IMG/VR virus record: IMGVR_UViG_3300037961_006532
Span: 1 to 64,000 of that record
DNA: 64,000 bases
DNA from: an uncultured virus (IMG/VR IMGVR_UViG_3300037961_006532)
Lineage: Duplodnaviria; Heunggongvirae; Uroviricota; Caudoviricetes
Direction: 5' to 3' (one strand)
Position numbers and translations under genes: made by a program. The notes below the pieces were generated by a model that made no database searches, was not told where the DNA came from, and saw only the letters and a program-made list of their open reading frames with translations. This document shows, in pieces, positions 1-9,152 of this stretch (positions are counted from its first letter, which is position 1; each line of letters starts with the position of its first letter).

Positions 1-9
1 TACTATAAG

Positions 10-110
10 GTTAGCTGCAGGGCGTTGCAGCTCAGGCGATGTGGGTAAAGAGTAAATCCCGCTGTATATCTAGAAAGCTTGGAGAGGTCGCTCCTCTCTT
101 ACCTTTCGAC
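10..110 (+). ncRNA. Candidate structured non-coding RNA (family not recognised; may be truncated by the window edge)
   Basis: GC-richer non-coding stretch with hairpins AGCTGCA..TGCAGCT, GTGGG..CCCGC and GAGAGG..CCTCTC, followed by a terminator. Confidence 0.4.
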
Positions 111-111
111 T

Positions 112-141
112 AAAAGCTAACTAAACGTTAGCTTTTTTTTT
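112..141 (+). terminator. Rho-independent terminator
   Basis: AAAAGCTAAC-TAAAC-GTTAGCTTTT stem followed by a T run. Confidence 0.8.
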
Positions 142-142
142 C

Positions 143-170
143 TTGAATTATAAGGAACATATATTATAAT
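143..170 (+). promoter_or_regulatory. Sigma70-like promoter, leaderless geometry
   Basis: TTGAAT-N16-TATAAT, 6 nt before ATG 177. Confidence 0.7.
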
Positions 171-176
171 AGACGT

Positions 177-1277
177 ATGAGTAAAGAAATAGATGACGTA
201 TTGTCCGTAATTGATAAAAAGAATCCCTATGCATCATTTTTAGATGAAAGTGCTTTAAGTAACGTTGATGGTTATATTGATACCGGTTCGATGGTATTAA
301 ATGGTATTATATCAGGATCATTATTCGGTGGTGTACCTAAAAGTAGAATGACTCTATTTGCAGGTCCAAGTATGACTGGTAAGTCATTTATTGTTCAAAA
401 GATTTTAGCTAATGCTCAAAAAGAAGGTATGATACCTGTTATCTTTGATAGCGAGAATGCTATTGATAAAGACGGTGCAGAAAATTTAGGTTTAGATACA
501 AGTAAAGTAAAATACGTACCTACGTTTAGTATTGAAGAATGTCGTAATACGATTTACGATTTTTTAACTAAAGTAAAAGATAAAGGTCAAGAAGGTAAAT
601 TTATTATTGCTATTGACTCTTTAGGTAATATGGAAAGTCAGTTGCAGATTGGTAGAATGGAAAAAAGCAACGTAAGTGCTGATATGGGTAGTAGAGCTAA
701 AGCTATGAAATCTTTACTCCGTACATGTACTCAGCTAGCAGGGTTAACTAAAACTACTATATTAGCTACTAATCATATCTTTGAAGATCCATCAGCCATG
801 TTTCCTTCTTTAGTAAAGGATATGCCTGGTGGTAAAGCAGCTGTCTATTTACCTTCAGTAACTGTTCAGTTAGCTCGTAAACCTGTTAAGGTAGATAAAA
901 ATATTGATAGTGAGTTAGCCGTGGGTCAAAAGAATTATGCAGGTGTAATTTTAAGAGCTTTAACTGCAAAGAATAGATTCGTTAAGCAATACTTAGAAGG
1001 TGAAATGTATCTATCATTCGAAAGAGGTTTAGATACGTACTTTGGATTATTAGATCTTGCAGTTGGTTTAGGGGTTATAGTTCAAACAGGAGCTACTTAT
1101 CAATTACCAGACGGTACTAAACTTGGTTATTATAGTAAGTGGAAAAACGATCAAGAGTTATGGGATAATACTATTGTTCCTGGAATTGAAACTAAAATAG
1201 AACAAGAATGGAAATATGGTAATAAGAAAGATGATTATACTCCTGATGAAGTAACTGATGATCAAGAAAGCTCCTAA
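177..1277 (+). CDS. uvsX: UvsX/RecA-like recombinase
   Basis: IDTGS motif, Walker A AGPSMTGKS, FDSENA, IAIDSLGN, GG..KNRF; T4-like context. Confidence 0.9.
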   Translation: MSKEIDDVLSVIDKKNPYASFLDESALSNVDGYIDTGSMVLNGIISGSLFGGVPKSRMTLFAGPSMTGKSFIVQKILANAQKEGMIPVIFDSENAIDKDGAENLGLDTSKVKYVPTFSIEECRNTIYDFLTKVKDKGQEGKFIIAIDSLGNMESQLQIGRMEKSNVSADMGSRAKAMKSLLRTCTQLAGLTKTTILATNHIFEDPSAMFPSLVKDMPGGKAAVYLPSVTVQLARKPVKVDKNIDSELAVGQKNYAGVILRALTAKNRFVKQYLEGEMYLSFERGLDTYFGLLDLAVGLGVIVQTGATYQLPDGTKLGYYSKWKNDQELWDNTIVPGIETKIEQEWKYGNKKDDYTPDEVTDDQESS

Positions 1278-1989
1278 TTATAATAACTTCTATTTAAATG
1301 ATAAATCTTATAATGATTATTTAAAAGACGGTTTTACTTTTAAAAATATAACTCAATCAGAAATAGAAGAATGTCTTTTAAGTTCTGATAGTTTTTTAGA
1401 TAAAGCAGAAACTTTATATTTAAAAATTAAAGAAGGGGATGTAAAACTAAGATTTGGTCCAGAATTACATTACGGTACTTTACCTTTTAGAAATACTTCA
1501 ATAAGAGAAAAAGCATCGTTAGTTAATGATGTTGATAAAAAATTCTATAAACATTTTTTTGGTGAAGGGTTAATAAGAGTTATTTTTGATTTTAAAATGA
1601 ACAATGAAAATTTATCATTAGGATATATATCATTTTGTATTCATAAAGAAGATGCTTTTTTAGGTACTATACAAACATGGTTACCTGGTAATATTTTAAA
1701 TAAAATTTCTAAAAAATATTTTAGTTGGTTGCCTATATTAGATGTTATGTTTATTGCATTTATGCAGTATATGGATAAACAGGGTATAACAAAAGTTTTT
1801 TGTTCTACAAAAAATAACAGAAAAGGAATTAATTATAGAAATTTGGTAGATGTAGAAAGTATTGGTACTATAGAAAAAGAAGATGGTAATTATTGGAAAT
1901 CAGGTACTGATTATGATGAATTTTTTGGTAAAAGATTTCCTGGGGTAAAACAAAATGAAAGATGGATGTTTAAGCTTAAGGAGCTATAA
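1258..1989 (+). CDS. Hypothetical protein
   Basis: 243-aa ORF overlapping the uvsX stop; no recognised motif. Confidence 0.55.
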   Translation: MIKKAPNYNNFYLNDKSYNDYLKDGFTFKNITQSEIEECLLSSDSFLDKAETLYLKIKEGDVKLRFGPELHYGTLPFRNTSIREKASLVNDVDKKFYKHFFGEGLIRVIFDFKMNNENLSLGYISFCIHKEDAFLGTIQTWLPGNILNKISKKYFSWLPILDVMFIAFMQYMDKQGITKVFCSTKNNRKGINYRNLVDVESIGTIEKEDGNYWKSGTDYDEFFGKRFPGVKQNERWMFKLKEL

Positions 1990-2006
1990 TATAAAAAAGA
2001 GGTGAA

Positions 2007-2756
2007 ATGAAAAAGATAGTTATAACATTAAGTGGTGGTATGGATTCAGCTGTTTTATTATATAAAGCAGCTCAAGAAGCAGATGAAGTTTATACGGTAA
2101 CATTTGATTACGGTCAACGTCATAAAACTGAATTAGACTGCGTTAACCAACAATTGATAGATTGCATGGAGATTAGTAGTAGTGTTAAATTTTATAATAA
2201 AGTGTTAGATACTAAATTTATACGTGAAATGGCTCCAACGTCATCTTTAACTAATGATGATATTGATACACCTAATGTAAAAGATGTTATGGGTGAAGCT
2301 CAACCTGCATCGTATGTACCTTTTCGTAACTTAATGTTTTTAAGTATGATATGCTCTCATGCTGAAGCAGTCGGAGCTGATGAAGTATGGTATGGAGCTG
2401 CACAAGCTGATAGCTTAGCTGGTTATTGGGATGGTTCTGAAGAGTTTGTTGAACAAGTTAATAAGGTAACAGCATTGAATCGTGAAAATAGAATAACAGT
2501 TAAAGCACCTTTAATTGAAATGTCTAAAGAAGAAATAATTAAAGAAGGAGTTAATCTTGGTGTTGATTTTAGTCACACTTATACTTGTTATTCTGGAGAG
2601 TATCCTTGCGATGCTGAATCAGCTAGTAGTGCTTTACGACTAAAGGGGTTTATTGATGCTGGTTATAGAGACCCATTAGAATATAAACAACAAAAAAAGT
2701 TAGATAAACTTTATTTAGATAATAATTGTAAAGTTATTAAAAACCGTAACGATTAA
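2007..2756 (+). CDS. queC: QueC-like PP-loop ATPase (7-cyano-7-deazaguanine synthase family), divergent
   Basis: LSGGMDS, FDYGQRH, YVPFRN, TYTCY..LRLKGF; Zn cysteines and YPDC motif altered; SD-like GAGGTG upstream. Confidence 0.85.
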   Translation: MKKIVITLSGGMDSAVLLYKAAQEADEVYTVTFDYGQRHKTELDCVNQQLIDCMEISSSVKFYNKVLDTKFIREMAPTSSLTNDDIDTPNVKDVMGEAQPASYVPFRNLMFLSMICSHAEAVGADEVWYGAAQADSLAGYWDGSEEFVEQVNKVTALNRENRITVKAPLIEMSKEEIIKEGVNLGVDFSHTYTCYSGEYPCDAESASSALRLKGFIDAGYRDPLEYKQQKKLDKLYLDNNCKVIKNRND

Positions 2757-3825
2757 GTCTTTCAACTTTCTGGAAGCGATGCATCTCTTCTCTACCTCTT
2801 TGAATCATCATTTGATTTATTTGTTGAGGTGATAATGCAATTTCTTCATGATCTTCTTCTTTTTCTTCGTCACTTTTCTTTCTTAACTTACCAGTTACAG
2901 GACATCTCTCTGCATCTTCTTCATTATCTTCATCCTCATCATCTTTTTCTTCTGATTTAGACATTGCTTTAGCTATAGCTTCTCCTCTTGCTCTTTCATA
3001 TTCAGATATTTTACCATCTTTATCAAGATCAGATTTTTTAGCATCAAATTCTTCATCATCATCGTATAGTAAAGCTGCTTCTATTTCAGCTTCTTCAGTT
3101 TCATCATCTTGACCAGCTTCATACTCTCCAACATCACCAAACTGATCATCTTCAGGTGCTTCTGCTGGTGTATACTCTTCATCATCATCTTCTTCCCCTT
3201 CAGGGAAGTCTGCTACTAACTTTTCTCTTTTACCTAAATCAATTTCATCAGCTAATTTATCAACTGATTCATATTCTCTTGGCTTAACGATAACCACTGA
3301 AACGACATCATCTTGAGCGATATCATTTAATGTAACTGATGTACCTTTAAAATCATTTAAAGTAACTCTATATTTTAAACCATTATGTTCAACTGTATAC
3401 AATTCATTACCACCTACATCACCATCATGTGATAATTTAGCTTCATCATCTAGGTTTAATTGTAAAGTTTCGAACCCTGTATCACCTTTTTTAAGTTCTT
3501 TTTCAGCACTACCAACTGGACGCATAGTTACTTTCTTTTCTTTACCCATTAATGGTTTTGATGTCATTGACACAATATTAATTGCTTTTTGTAAATCTTC
3601 ATCAGATAGTTGATCAAGATCTACGTTTGGATGGTTTCTTTGTAAATATCTCATTACTTTAGTAGCAAAATATCTAGGTGTCATAGTACCTTTCAACCCT
3701 CTAATATCTTCCATTCCCATTAGTTTAGCTCTCATTGGGTCAGAAATTTTCTTACCTCTAGCTTCTTCTAAGTACTGTTCAGTACTTTCATTTAAAATTT
3801 CTCGGTTAGTCCAGTTAATACTCAT
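2737..3825 (-). CDS. Acidic late protein, possible internal head protein, with EF-hand-like loop
   Basis: TAAATA-N5-ATG; D/E-rich C-terminal half; DLDKDGKISEYE loop. Confidence 0.55.
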   Translation of the reverse strand: MSINWTNREILNESTEQYLEEARGKKISDPMRAKLMGMEDIRGLKGTMTPRYFATKVMRYLQRNHPNVDLDQLSDEDLQKAINIVSMTSKPLMGKEKKVTMRPVGSAEKELKKGDTGFETLQLNLDDEAKLSHDGDVGGNELYTVEHNGLKYRVTLNDFKGTSVTLNDIAQDDVVSVVIVKPREYESVDKLADEIDLGKREKLVADFPEGEEDDDEEYTPAEAPEDDQFGDVGEYEAGQDDETEEAEIEAALLYDDDEEFDAKKSDLDKDGKISEYERARGEAIAKAMSKSEEKDDEDEDNEEDAERCPVTGKLRKKSDEEKEEDHEEIALSPQQINQMMIQRGREEMHRFQKVERLNRYGF

Positions 3826-3836
3826 AATATTATTTA

Positions 3837-3864
3837 TTGATTATTGATAATTTTCTACTATAAT
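3837..3864 (+). promoter_or_regulatory. Sigma70-like promoter abutting a divergent late motif
   Basis: TTGATT-N16-TATAAT-N6-ATG 3871; TATTTA (minus-strand TAAATA) at 3831-3836. Confidence 0.65.
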
Positions 3865-3870
3865 ATATGT

Positions 3871-4566
3871 ATGTGTGGTATATATGGTAGTAATGATTTT
3901 ACGACTTTTGAAGTTCTAAGTCAAGCTAATAGAAAAAGAGGTAACTTTTCTACCGGTGTTTTATATAAATTTAGAAATTCAAGTTATAATATTCAAAAGA
4001 TTGAAGGTGATAATCTAGATGAAATTGATTTACCTACTAATATAAAAGAAGATGGTAGTAAAAATTATGGAGATTATTTATATTTAGGTCATAATCAAGC
4101 ACCGACAAGTAGTGAAAGAGAATATGAAGAGTGGAATGCTCATCCTTTTGTATATGGTGATTGGATAGTTGCTCATAATGGTGTATTGACAAATATGAAA
4201 GAATTAGTCAATGAATACGTACCGCATCATGATTGTGCTATAGATAGTAGTATAATACCTGCTATGTTATATGAAATGGAATATAAATGTGACCCGTGTG
4301 AAGATCCTGAGACTGAGCAGCAAAATATATTATATGTTATTGAAAGATTAAAAGGTACTTTTGCATTATGGATAATGAACGTTAAAACTATGAATGTTTA
4401 TATTGCAAGACAAGGAAGCACGTTGTTTTATAAAGATAGTAATATATCATCTATTAAAGGGTGTGATTATGAAGAAGTCAAGGAAGGTATATTATATAGT
4501 TATTCATCTGAAGGAGTAGTACCGGTAGATGGATTTTTAAGTAAGTCACCGTTTTTAACATTATGA
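3871..4566 (+). CDS. Class II (Ntn) glutamine amidotransferase
   Basis: Start revised to MCGIYG (nucleophile Cys2); GHNQAPT, NAHPF, AHNGVLTN, IDS, GTFA motifs. Confidence 0.85.
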   Translation: MCGIYGSNDFTTFEVLSQANRKRGNFSTGVLYKFRNSSYNIQKIEGDNLDEIDLPTNIKEDGSKNYGDYLYLGHNQAPTSSEREYEEWNAHPFVYGDWIVAHNGVLTNMKELVNEYVPHHDCAIDSSIIPAMLYEMEYKCDPCEDPETEQQNILYVIERLKGTFALWIMNVKTMNVYIARQGSTLFYKDSNISSIKGCDYEEVKEGILYSYSSEGVVPVDGFLSKSPFLTL

Positions 4567-5051
4567 TTAAACAAGTATATTTAAAAGAATTACAAGAAAT
4601 AGATAAGTTACGAATAATAAAATGGGTATATAAAAATACTGATACTTTTATTATGAATACTTTCGGGCATGTATGGTCTGGACGTGATTGGTGGGAAAAA
4701 TTTCCTATACAAGTGTGTGTTGATGATGAAGGTAAGGTTATGGCATTGCATGCTTATACAGTCAATAATAAAAAACCTAATACTTTAAAAACTTATTATA
4801 TAGTAACTGATAAAAAACATAGAGGTAAAGGTTTAGCTAAACTATTAATTAAAAACGCAGTATATAAACATAAAGAAGATATTGAAACTTATTATGTTAA
4901 TACTGATGATAGAAGTGATGGTTCTATTTTTTATATAAGGTGGTTTGGTAATAGTTATAAAAAAGAGGAAAATGATTTTAATTCTACAGATTTAGTATTT
5001 GAGGAACCAATTTATAATATAATAGATGAAGAAACTAAAGACAACGGGTAG
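4563..5051 (+). CDS. GNAT-family acetyltransferase
   Basis: Acetyl-CoA motif A HRGKGLAKLL. Confidence 0.7.
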   Translation: MIKQVYLKELQEIDKLRIIKWVYKNTDTFIMNTFGHVWSGRDWWEKFPIQVCVDDEGKVMALHAYTVNNKKPNTLKTYYIVTDKKHRGKGLAKLLIKNAVYKHKEDIETYYVNTDDRSDGSIFYIRWFGNSYKKEENDFNSTDLVFEEPIYNIIDEETKDNG

Positions 5052-5370
5052 TCCCCGTCAATTTGATACAGGAGCTCAACGTGATAATGCTGATGGTAAA
5101 CTTCGTATGAGTTTAGTGCCTCATAAAGCATTAGAAGCAGTTATGGAACGTTATTTGCAAGGAGCAGTAACTTACGGCGAAAATAATTGGCGTAAAGGTA
5201 TGAAACATTCCGTTTTATATGATAGTACTATGAGACATTTAATGCAAGATTTTCAAGGTGATGATAGTGAAGATCATTTAGGTGCTGCTTTGTGGAATAT
5301 AATGTGTATGATTGATAATAGATATAAACTTCCAGAAATGGATGATAGAAAAAAATATGAAACATATTAG
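5026..5370 (+). CDS. dATP/dGTP diphosphohydrolase-like protein (DUF5664-like)
   Basis: TGAQRD..GKLRMSLVP, GAVTYGENNWRKG, DSTMRHL, EDHLGAALWN. Confidence 0.75.
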   Translation: MKKLKTTGSPRQFDTGAQRDNADGKLRMSLVPHKALEAVMERYLQGAVTYGENNWRKGMKHSVLYDSTMRHLMQDFQGDDSEDHLGAALWNIMCMIDNRYKLPEMDDRKKYETY

Positions 5371-6013
5371 ATTTGTAAGTGCAACTAAAGGTAAGAAAGA
5401 AGATACACCTTTATATCAGTCTACTAAGGATTATGAGTTAGGTTTTAATGTATTGTTTTATGAAGATAATACTAAAAGTTTGCAAGAAGTATATAACGAT
5501 GCTATAAAAACTGCTAGAATTCAAAATTTAGATGTAGTTGTTTTATTGCACGATGATATTTTTATAAACGATAAAGATTTTTTAGAAAAGGTAAAAACAG
5601 AATCTGAAAAATATCCTGTCTTTGGAGTTGCAGGGGCAGCATCTTGTACTTTAAAAAAACCTGCATTATGGCATTTAATGTCTGAAAGAAAAGACCATAG
5701 AGGTGTCGTAGCGCATGGTAATGAAAAAGAGTATCATGATACAGTTTTTGGTCCTATGGGCAGAGCATTATTAATTGATGGTGTATTAATTGGTATTAAT
5801 ATTAAAAAATTACCACCAGCAGTTAAGTTTGATGAAAATTACCCATCACGATTTCATTACTATGATTTAGATTTTAGCCTTGAATGCAATAAAAAACATA
5901 TTAAAATAGGCGTAGTTGAATTGCCGATTATACATAGTAGTCCTGGATTAACTGATCCAGATGAAGAGTTTTATAAAGGTCAAGAATATTTTATTAATAA
6001 ATGGAAACGATAG
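5357..6013 (+). CDS. GT-A fold glycosyltransferase-like protein
   Basis: YNDAI, LLHDDI, GVAG, IDGVLI, FDE..FHYYDLDFSL; start revised to MKHIRF. Confidence 0.7.
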   Translation: MKHIRFVSATKGKKEDTPLYQSTKDYELGFNVLFYEDNTKSLQEVYNDAIKTARIQNLDVVVLLHDDIFINDKDFLEKVKTESEKYPVFGVAGAASCTLKKPALWHLMSERKDHRGVVAHGNEKEYHDTVFGPMGRALLIDGVLIGINIKKLPPAVKFDENYPSRFHYYDLDFSLECNKKHIKIGVVELPIIHSSPGLTDPDEEFYKGQEYFINKWKR

Positions 6014-6438
6014 TATTAGTTACAGGAGGGTTTGACCCGTTGCATTCAGGGCATTTAGCTTACTTTAAAGCTGCGCGTAAACTGGGTGATAAACTAATAG
6101 TAGGGGTTAATTCAGATGATTGGTTAGAACGTAAAAAAGGTAAAAACTTCTTACCTTTATCTGAACGGTTTGAAATAGTATCATCTATAAAGTATATTGA
6201 TAATTGTATTTTGTTTAACGATGAAGATGATACAGCTATTGAAGCTATCAAAAACGTTATGATGTTATTTCCGTTTGATAGAATTATATTTGCAAATGGT
6301 GGTGATAGAAAACAAGGAAATGTACCAGAAGAAGCTCCTGATTTATTTCCTGATAGAGAAATAATTTTTCAATATGGTGTAGGTGGTATAGATAAAAAAA
6401 ATAGCAGTAGTTGGATATTACAAAAATGGAAAAAGTAG
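6001..6438 (+). CDS. Cytidylyltransferase-like nucleotidyltransferase (RfaE/TagD superfamily)
   Basis: TGGFDPLHSGH (HxGH), GVNSD, NGGDR, NSSS. Confidence 0.85.
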   Translation: METIVLVTGGFDPLHSGHLAYFKAARKLGDKLIVGVNSDDWLERKKGKNFLPLSERFEIVSSIKYIDNCILFNDEDDTAIEAIKNVMMLFPFDRIIFANGGDRKQGNVPEEAPDLFPDREIIFQYGVGGIDKKNSSSWILQKWKK

Positions 6439-7763
6439 ATAGATTAAATTTAGATTTTTATGAGCAAGTAGTCATTTATAAAAGTTTGGTTGATGAGCAA
6501 TTTTTAGGATTAGTAATTGATCATATGAAGCCTGAATACTTTAATGATAAAAATATTCGTAAAGTATTTAGCATTATAAAAAACTTTTATGTAAAGAATC
6601 ATGCTTTACCGAGTGTAACTGAGATTAAAAGTTATCTTATAAATGATGATTTAAAGGAAAGTTTTAAAGATGTTGTTAAAAACTTTGCTAATATAGATAG
6701 AGATTTTAATAATAAAGAATTATTATCAAGTACTGAAAGATTTATTAAAGAAAGATCTATTTATAATACAATGTTATCGGTAGCAGAAGATGTTTCTTCT
6801 GGAAAAGTTGATACAAGTTATATCTTAGATGCTTTTGAAAAAAGTTGTAATGTAGATCTTAAGAGTGAGATAGGTTTAGATCTATTAAAAGATATTGATA
6901 CTGTTATTGAAGATCTTAGAAGAGATGAACCTGTTATCAGTACTAAATGGGATTGGTTAGATGATAAACTTGATGGTGGGTTCTTAGAAAATGGTAGATC
7001 ATTATACGTTTTTGCAGGTGAAACTAATGTTGGTAAAAGTATTTTCTTAGGTAATATTGCAACTAATATTGCTAATCAAGGTAAGACAGTTTTATTAGTT
7101 AGTTTAGAGATGTCTGAAATGATGTATGCAAGAAGATTATCTTCAAGTATATCTAAAATACCAATGCGTGATCTTAGAATGGATTGTGCATCATTAAAAG
7201 TTCAAATTGAAGAACATAGTAAAGATAATCCTAAAAGTAAAATTATTATTAAAGAGTTTCCTCCTAGTACTATAACTCCTCAAAATTTACAAGGTTATAT
7301 AAGAGAGTTAACTAATAAAGGTATTAATATTGATGCTATAGTTTTAGATTATCTTAACTTGTTAAAAAGTCATGAAGGTAATAACTCTTATGAAAAGATA
7401 AAAAATGTAACTGAAGATATTAGAGCTTTAAGTTATGTATTTGAATGTCCTATAATATCAGCTACTCAGTTAAATAGGTCTGGTTATGATGAAGAAAATC
7501 CTGGGTTAGATACTATATCTGAATCTATTGGTATGGCTGCTACTGCTGATTGTATATTTAGTATATATCAAGACGATGAAGATAAAGAACTTGGAGTAGT
7601 TAAAATGGGTATGATGAAAAATAGATTCGGTGCTAACTTTGGTACTACTGCAATGAGAGTAGATTATAATACTTTAACTGTATTTGAAGATGATACTCTT
7701 AATCAAGATGACGATGGTGATCTTGGAAATTTATCCGATACTTTAGGCTTGTTGAGTAATTAA
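6426..7763 (+). CDS. Replicative DNA helicase (T4 gp41/DnaB-like)
   Basis: Walker A AGETNVGKS, SLEMSE, IVLDYLNL, SATQLNR, MKNRFG. Confidence 0.9.
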   Translation: MEKVDRLNLDFYEQVVIYKSLVDEQFLGLVIDHMKPEYFNDKNIRKVFSIIKNFYVKNHALPSVTEIKSYLINDDLKESFKDVVKNFANIDRDFNNKELLSSTERFIKERSIYNTMLSVAEDVSSGKVDTSYILDAFEKSCNVDLKSEIGLDLLKDIDTVIEDLRRDEPVISTKWDWLDDKLDGGFLENGRSLYVFAGETNVGKSIFLGNIATNIANQGKTVLLVSLEMSEMMYARRLSSSISKIPMRDLRMDCASLKVQIEEHSKDNPKSKIIIKEFPPSTITPQNLQGYIRELTNKGINIDAIVLDYLNLLKSHEGNNSYEKIKNVTEDIRALSYVFECPIISATQLNRSGYDEENPGLDTISESIGMAATADCIFSIYQDDEDKELGVVKMGMMKNRFGANFGTTAMRVDYNTLTVFEDDTLNQDDDGDLGNLSDTLGLLSN

Positions 7764-7786
7764 AAAGAGGAACTAAATATTAATCA

Positions 7787-8662
7787 ATGGGTAAGATTCA
7801 CATATTTACTGATGCTGATCTTGATGGAGCAGGTTGTATTTTTTTACTAAAAAAGATATATAAAAACTTTACATATCAAGTTACAACAGAAAAAAAGTTT
7901 AGAGAAGACTTTCTAAACTGGCAATTAAAAAATAAAATATCAGACTTTGACAAAGTTATAATATGTGATTTAAACTTAAAAGACAATATTGATATGGTTG
8001 ATCGTACCGGAATAGAGATATACGATCATCATTCTGAACATGTTGAAAAGAGAGATCAATATAATAAAGCAATAACTTACTTAGAAGAAGATGGCTCTTG
8101 TACTATGACAATTTATAAAGAGCATGAACCTGAACTTACTAACTATCAAAAATTATTAGTAAAATTAATTAACGATTACGATAGTTACACTTTAGAATAC
8201 CCATATAGTAAACCTTTAGATAAAGTATTTTGGAGTTATACAGGTAATAGAGTAGAAAAATTTTTAAATGATTTTGGTGAAGGTTTTAAAGGTTTTAATC
8301 AATATCATAAAAATATGCTTTCTTCTTTAGAACGAAAAACAAAAGAGTTTATAGAAAATGAAACCTTTTATACAGGTAAATTAAAAGTTTCAGGAGAAGA
8401 TAGATTTATAATAAGCTGTTTTATTCAATTTAATCCTAATGAAATATCTGAAATATTGCTTAAAAAATATAAGTGTGATATTGCATTACTAATTAACTTG
8501 AAAGGTAAATCAGTATACTTTAGAAAAAGAAAAGATTGTGATATAAGTATGGCTAAGTTAGCAGAAAAATTATGCGATGGTGGTGGTCATGACGATGCTG
8601 CTGGAGGTTCACTTAATGATACTATAATTAATATTACAAAGCTTTTAAAGCCAGTAGAATAA
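7787..8662 (+). CDS. DHH-family phosphoesterase
   Basis: DADLDG, YDHH, DHHA1 motif GGGHDDAAGG. Confidence 0.85.
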   Translation: MGKIHIFTDADLDGAGCIFLLKKIYKNFTYQVTTEKKFREDFLNWQLKNKISDFDKVIICDLNLKDNIDMVDRTGIEIYDHHSEHVEKRDQYNKAITYLEEDGSCTMTIYKEHEPELTNYQKLLVKLINDYDSYTLEYPYSKPLDKVFWSYTGNRVEKFLNDFGEGFKGFNQYHKNMLSSLERKTKEFIENETFYTGKLKVSGEDRFIISCFIQFNPNEISEILLKKYKCDIALLINLKGKSVYFRKRKDCDISMAKLAEKLCDGGGHDDAAGGSLNDTIINITKLLKPVE

Positions 8663-8940
8663 TGAAACAATTTATACCATTTGATGAAATGCAAGATGAT
8701 GAGTTTTCAAAATCATTTTATTCTTTTTGTACATACGTTACTTTGGTATATGATAAAAAAATGAACTTTGCAACTGTATTTCTTAAAATTTTAGAAAATA
8801 AAACTCTAAGAGATATGTTTGTAAGTTTAATAGATGAGGAAAGTGATTTCGGTGCAATACAGAAGTTTATTCATACTGAACCATCTATATGTAAAAGCAA
8901 ATACGTTACTAAATTTTTAAATAAATTTAAAGGTTTATGA
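8662..8940 (+). CDS. Hypothetical protein
   Basis: Coupled ORF (TAATG overlap). Confidence 0.55.
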   Translation: MKQFIPFDEMQDDEFSKSFYSFCTYVTLVYDKKMNFATVFLKILENKTLRDMFVSLIDEESDFGAIQKFIHTEPSICKSKYVTKFLNKFKGL

Positions 8941-9152
8941 AAAAGATAAGACCAATACTTGAAAAGTTAATAGTTGTATCTCTATTAATTGTTACTATAA
9001 TATATGGAACGAAAGATATATCATTAGGTATATATTTTGGAGTTTTAACTAATGTTGTAGTTAACGTTTTATATACAGCAAATATACTTCAAATAAGCTT
9101 ACCTAAAAAAAGAAAGTATAAAAGTAAGTTTGGTTTTACTCCATATGAATAA
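8937..9152 (+). CDS. Small putative membrane protein
   Basis: Two hydrophobic segments and a basic C-terminus; ATGA overlap. Confidence 0.45.
   Translation: MKKIRPILEKLIVVSLLIVTIIYGTKDISLGIYFGVLTNVVVNVLYTANILQISLPKKRKYKSKFGFTPYE

Noticed and set aside
2007..4566. QatABCD or type IV CBASS defence island
   Set aside because: No QatA ATPase, TatD nuclease, CD-NTase or TGT nearby; the context is a lytic phage replication block
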